NCBI GenBank assembly: GCA_050739295.1
Contig: JBOIBC010000001.1
Coordinates: 1 to 29,622, forward strand
DNA from: Gammaproteobacteria bacterium
GTDB lineage: Bacteria; Pseudomonadota; Gammaproteobacteria; Natronospirales; REEB76
Length of the DNA: 29,622 nucleotides
Reading direction: 5' to 3'
Below, piece after piece: positions 26,229-29,622 of the stretch (positions are counted from its first letter, which is position 1; each line of letters starts with the position of its first letter). The notes beneath the pieces were generated by a model that ran no database searches, was not told where the DNA came from, and saw only the letters and a list, made by a program, of their open reading frames with translations. The translations under genes and the position numbers were made by a program.

Positions 26229-26622
26229 TGTTGTTGCCCGTGGAATTATTCGGATCGGAGCTCTGCTGCTGCGCTTGCAGCCAACTGTAGAAATCCATGT
26301 CGGCATACATATCCAGGTTGTCACTCGACAGCACGATGGCCATATCCTGGCTACTGTCTGCGGCGAAAGGTACCGCCGGTTGTGATCCCAAGCTCCACCA
26401 AAGCAGGCCGGTTGTAACTCCCGCGAATGCGATGGCCACGGCGCCGGCGGGCAGCGTCCAGCGACGCGCGCGCCAGACAGGCTGGTGCCGCCCAGCTTCA
26501 GCCACGGCAAGCGTGCGGGCTTCGCGCAGGCGCGACACAACACGGGCGTCGAGGTTCGCGACGTTGTCCATGAAGCGCGCATGGGTCTTGTAGAGAAAAT
26601 CTGTTTCCGTATCGTCGTTCAT
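26221..26622 (-). CDS. Putative single-TM anti-sigma factor (DUF3619-like)
   Basis: LDARVVSRLREARTLAV, TM segment, LDMYADMDFYSWL; ATG 26622 coupled (TGATG) to the reconstructed sigma stop. Confidence 0.75.
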   Translation of the reverse strand: MNDDTETDFLYKTHARFMDNVANLDARVVSRLREARTLAVAEAGRHQPVWRARRWTLPAGAVAIAFAGVTTGLLWWSLGSQPAVPFAADSSQDMAIVLSSDNLDMYADMDFYSWLQAQQQSSDPNNSTGNNNG

Positions 26623-27241
26623 CACCAATGCTCTCCCAGGCTTTCCCGCAGGCTGTGTACCGCCCGCGAGAGATGGGTTTTCACGCTGCCTTCGGAGCAG
26701 CCCATGGACTTGGCCGTTTCAGCCCCACATCCAGTCCCTCCAATATACGCAGGACGAAGGCTTCCCGTTGACGCGCCGGCAGGCCCGCCAGGGCAATTTC
26801 CAGGGCCTGCATGGCGTTTTGCTGGGCCACCTGCTCGGACGGGTCACGGCCGGCCGGATCAGCTGCCGCTTCGAGGGGGTCCGGAGCATCGTCATCCGCA
26901 TCCCGCTGACCGCCAAAGAAGCTCATGACCCGGTTGCGCACCATCCGGCGGCGCTGGCAGTCGCGGATGCGGCTTTGCAGGATACGGTAGAACAGTGGCG
27001 GCCATTCCTCTTCCGGACGCTGGGCGTAGCGCCTGGCCAGTTGCAGCATGGCGTCCTGGACGGCGTCCAGGGCGTCGTCGGGATTGCGCAAGATCATCTG
27101 GGCGATGCGGAAGGCGCGCCGCTCCACACTTGCCAGAAATGTGTTCAAACGGGCTGTGGTATCCAGAAAACCCCCGGGAATTGCGGCCTGTACGCGTTGA
27201 AACCGTGATGCAGACATCAAAAGGTTATCATGCCGCCTCAT
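26622..27241 (-). pseudogene. ECF sigma factor, frameshifted near 26723-26726 (pseudogene or sequencing error)
   Basis: Region 2 (DALDAVQDAM, WPPLFYRIL) and the start of region 4 (LPARQREAFVLR..EGLDV) lie in one frame; AETAKSMGCSEGSVKTHLSRAVHSLRESLGEHW* continues in another. Start codon uncertain. Confidence 0.85.
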
Positions 27242-27308
27242 GCTTGATGCGGCTGCGGATTATGCACCGTCGCATCGGTATGCTTAGCCGATTACTGGAT
27301 AAACACCG

Positions 27309-27341
27309 CAAGTGCTTGATTGAAATTTTAACCCCTTGATC
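27309..27341 (-). promoter_or_regulatory. Two tandem IHF-consensus matches
   Basis: Minus strand AATCAAGCACTTG (27309-27321, exact WATCAANNNNTTR) and GATCAAGGGGTTA (27329-27341, 1 mismatch). Confidence 0.55.
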
Positions 27342-27425
27342 CACATGAAAATTACCGGCGGACAAAATTTGCCCAAACTGACAGCCGCACATAAAAAATG
27401 GGGAATCACCGCGCTTTCCGACAAA

Positions 27426-27460
27426 GCATCCACAAACTTATCCACAGATAATGTGGATAA
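27426..27460. promoter_or_regulatory. DnaA-box cluster
   Basis: GCATCCACA (27426-34), TTATCCACA (27438-46, perfect), TGTGGATAA (27452-60, perfect, opposite orientation). Confidence 0.85.
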
Positions 27461-27556
27461 AGAAGTTCTGCGTAAGGCGGAGCTTGTGCGATGCAAGGAT
27501 GTACTGTACGAAATAACGCAGTCTGTGCCTTCGCAAAACTTCATAGGCCCGCGTTG

Positions 27557-29622
27557 GTGAAATCCATTCCTGTCTATCTGCGCGTGGCGGTACCCTCGCC
27601 GCTGTATCGTCATTTTGATTATCTGCCGCCGGCGGACGCGGCCGTGAGGTCGCTCGTCCCCGGTGTGCGGGTCCGGGTTCCTTTCGGCAAACGCGACGTG
27701 ATCGGCGTGCTGCTGGAGACCGCCGGTCATTCGGATATTCCCGCGGCGAGATTGAAACCGGCGCGACAGATGCTGGATACAACGCCGTTGATCCCGGCGG
27801 ATATGCTCGCGCTCGCCCGTTGGGCGGCGGATTATTATCACCATCCCATCGGCGAAGTGATCCAGGCGCTCTTGCCGGTGTCGCTGCGCCAGGGAAAAGC
27901 CCCGGCACAATCCGGAGAGTCCGTATGGCGGCTGACGGCAGACGGCGCAGCAGCCGATGTGAGCACGCTCAAACGCGCGCCGAAACAACAGGCACTCTGG
28001 AACATACTCAAACAACACGCTGCAGGTCTTGATGCGAAGGCACTCGATGCTCAATACGCAAACTGGAGCACATCACTGAAAGCGTTGATAAAACGCGGCT
28101 GGGTGGAAAAGATCCTGCGTATGCCAGCTCACACCGCCAGTTTCATCAACAACGCGGGCATCGCACTTAATGATGCACAGCGTGCGGCCGTCGAAAAAAT
28201 CCGCACGGCGCTTGGAACCTTCCAGGCATTCCTGCTGGATGGCGTCACCGGCAGCGGCAAAACCGAAGTATATATCGAGAGTATGGCCGAAGTAGTGAAA
28301 CGCGGCCGACAGGCGCTGGTACTGGTCCCGGAAATCGGGCTCACGCCGCAACTGCTGGATCGTTTGCGCGCACGTTTCGGCCAAGTGGCTGTGTTTCATT
28401 CGGGATTGAGTAACGGCGCACGGCTCGCCGCCTGGATCGCCGCGCGTGACGGCCGCGCGCCGGTAGTGATTGGCACGCGCTCAGCTGTGTTCGTGCCGCT
28501 GAGGAATCCCGGTGTGATTGTGGTGGATGAGGAACACGATGCATCCTTCAAGCAGCAGGATGGGTTTCGTTACTCGGCGCGTGATCTCGCGGTAGTGCGC
28601 GCGCAGCGACATGCGATTCCCGTCGTTCTCGGTTCGGCGACGCCTTCACTGGAATCGCTGCACAACGCAGCACAATTCCGTTACACCCATCTTTCGCTGC
28701 CTGAGCGCGCGGCCAATGCCAAACATCCGCTGATGCGTTTGCTGGACATCCGCGGCCGGCCGCTCGATGAAGGCCTGTCCGATCTGCTGCTGGACGCCAT
28801 GCGTCGTCATCTGCGGGCGAACGGCCAGATACTGCTGTTCCTCAACCGCCGCGGCTACGCCCCTACGGTCCTATGCCATGCCTGCGGCCAGGTGCTGCAA
28901 TGCCGGCGCTGCGATGCGCGCATGACCTTGCACGGCAATCGCCGTCTGCAATGCCATCATTGCGGCGCCGAGCGTGCCTTGCCCGCGCGTTGCGAACAGT
29001 GCAACGGCACGGAGTTCGGCCATTTTGGCGCCGGTACCGAACGCATCGAGCGGGCGCTGGCGCGGCTGTTCCCACAAGCCGGCATTGCGCGCATGGACCG
29101 CGACAGCACCCGCCGCAAGGGCAAACTGGAAGCTCTCCTGGAAGGCGTGCGTCGCGGCGAACACCAGATTCTGATCGGCACGCAGATGCTCGCCAAGGGC
29201 CACGACTTTCCCAACGTGACCCTGGTAGGCATCCTGGACGCGGACCAGGGATTGTTCGGCGTGGATTTTCGCGCCAGAGAGCGCATGGCCCAGCTCATCA
29301 TCCAGGTAGCAGGCCGGGCCGGCCGCGCCGAGCGTCCCGGTGAGGTGTTGATCCAGACGTATCATCCGGAGCATCCGCTGCTCACACACCTGGTGCGCGA
29401 GGGTTACGCCAGTTTCGCCACTGCTGCTCTTACTGAACGTCGGATGGCAGGCCTGCCGCCCTACGCCGCCATGGCACTGTTGCGCGCCGAAGCTGCCGCC
29501 AAGGCGCCGCCTCAAGCTTTCCTGGAAGCAGCCCGCATCAAGCTCGCGCCTGCCTGCGGCCAGCAGGTGCAGCTTCTGGGTCCGGCGCCCGCTCCGATGG
29601 AACGCCGCGCCGGCCGTTATCG
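27557..29622 (+). CDS. priA: Primosomal protein N' (replication restart helicase), truncated by window end
   Basis: Manual translation; these motifs all fall in one frame: LRVAVPSPLYRHFDY, LLDGVTGSGKTEVY, LVPEIGLTPQ, DEEHD, LGSATPSLES, LNRRGYAP, four CxxC, GTQMLAKGHDFP. GTG 27557 (or TTG 27554) start. Confidence 0.96.
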   Translation, partial: MKSIPVYLRVAVPSPLYRHFDYLPPADAAVRSLVPGVRVRVPFGKRDVIGVLLETAGHSDIPAARLKPARQMLDTTPLIPADMLALARWAADYYHHPIGEVIQALLPVSLRQGKAPAQSGESVWRLTADGAAADVSTLKRAPKQQALWNILKQHAAGLDAKALDAQYANWSTSLKALIKRGWVEKILRMPAHTASFINNAGIALNDAQRAAVEKIRTALGTFQAFLLDGVTGSGKTEVYIESMAEVVKRGRQALVLVPEIGLTPQLLDRLRARFGQVAVFHSGLSNGARLAAWIAARDGRAPVVIGTRSAVFVPLRNPGVIVVDEEHDASFKQQDGFRYSARDLAVVRAQRHAIPVVLGSATPSLESLHNAAQFRYTHLSLPERAANAKHPLMRLLDIRGRPLDEGLSDLLLDAMRRHLRANGQILLFLNRRGYAPTVLCHACGQVLQCRRCDARMTLHGNRRLQCHHCGAERALPARCEQCNGTEFGHFGAGTERIERALARLFPQAGIARMDRDSTRRKGKLEALLEGVRRGEHQILIGTQMLAKGHDFPNVTLVGILDADQGLFGVDFRARERMAQLIIQVAGRAGRAERPGEVLIQTYHPEHPLLTHLVREGYASFATAALTERRMAGLPPYAAMALLRAEAAAKAPPQAFLEAARIKLAPACGQQVQLLGPAPAPMERRAGRY

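Noticed and set aside
27300..27556. Calling this region oriC
   Set aside because: There is no dnaA/dnaN/gidA context, no obvious AT-rich unwinding repeats and few GATC sites; it is kept only as an alternative to the DARS-like reading.
358..29515. Numerous overlapping alternative-frame and antisense ORFs in the track (e.g. 2139-3191, 10526-11689, 14841-16148, 23718-24740, 27284-28054)
   Set aside because: They shadow well-supported genes, are Arg/Pro/Ala-rich as expected for GC-rich off-frames, and show no recognisable motifs.

Overview
GC-rich bacterial chromosomal window, most likely from a gammaproteobacterium (inferred from gene content). It holds about 26 protein genes, and I found no rRNA, tRNA or CRISPR array. 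In order: a truncated deoxyhypusine-synthase-like gene, a small conserved protein, a YncE-type beta-propeller, an APC amino-acid permease, an FAH-family hydrolase, a secreted NTF2-like protein, ltaE, an Skp/OmpH paralog, a 4-TM heme-copper-oxidase-like mini protein and a secreted tricorn (S41) protease. Next is a sigma54-driven MacAB-type operon (adaptor, ATPase, four permeases, NtrC-type regulator, sensor kinase), then a fructosamine kinase, an HNH protein and a three-gene pnt transhydrogenase. The window ends with an ECF sigma/anti-sigma operon whose sigma gene is frameshifted, and priA running off the end. The most notable signals are non-coding. (1) A DnaA-box triad plus IHF and Fis matches upstream of priA, laid out like an E. 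coli DARS. (2) Two copies of a ~145-bp MITE-like element, each apparently inserted at a TAA stop codon, one carrying nested extra segments. (3) A complete sigma54 promoter with two palindromic enhancer candidates and a possibly leaderless transcript. (4) Three further families of intergenic palindromic repeats.
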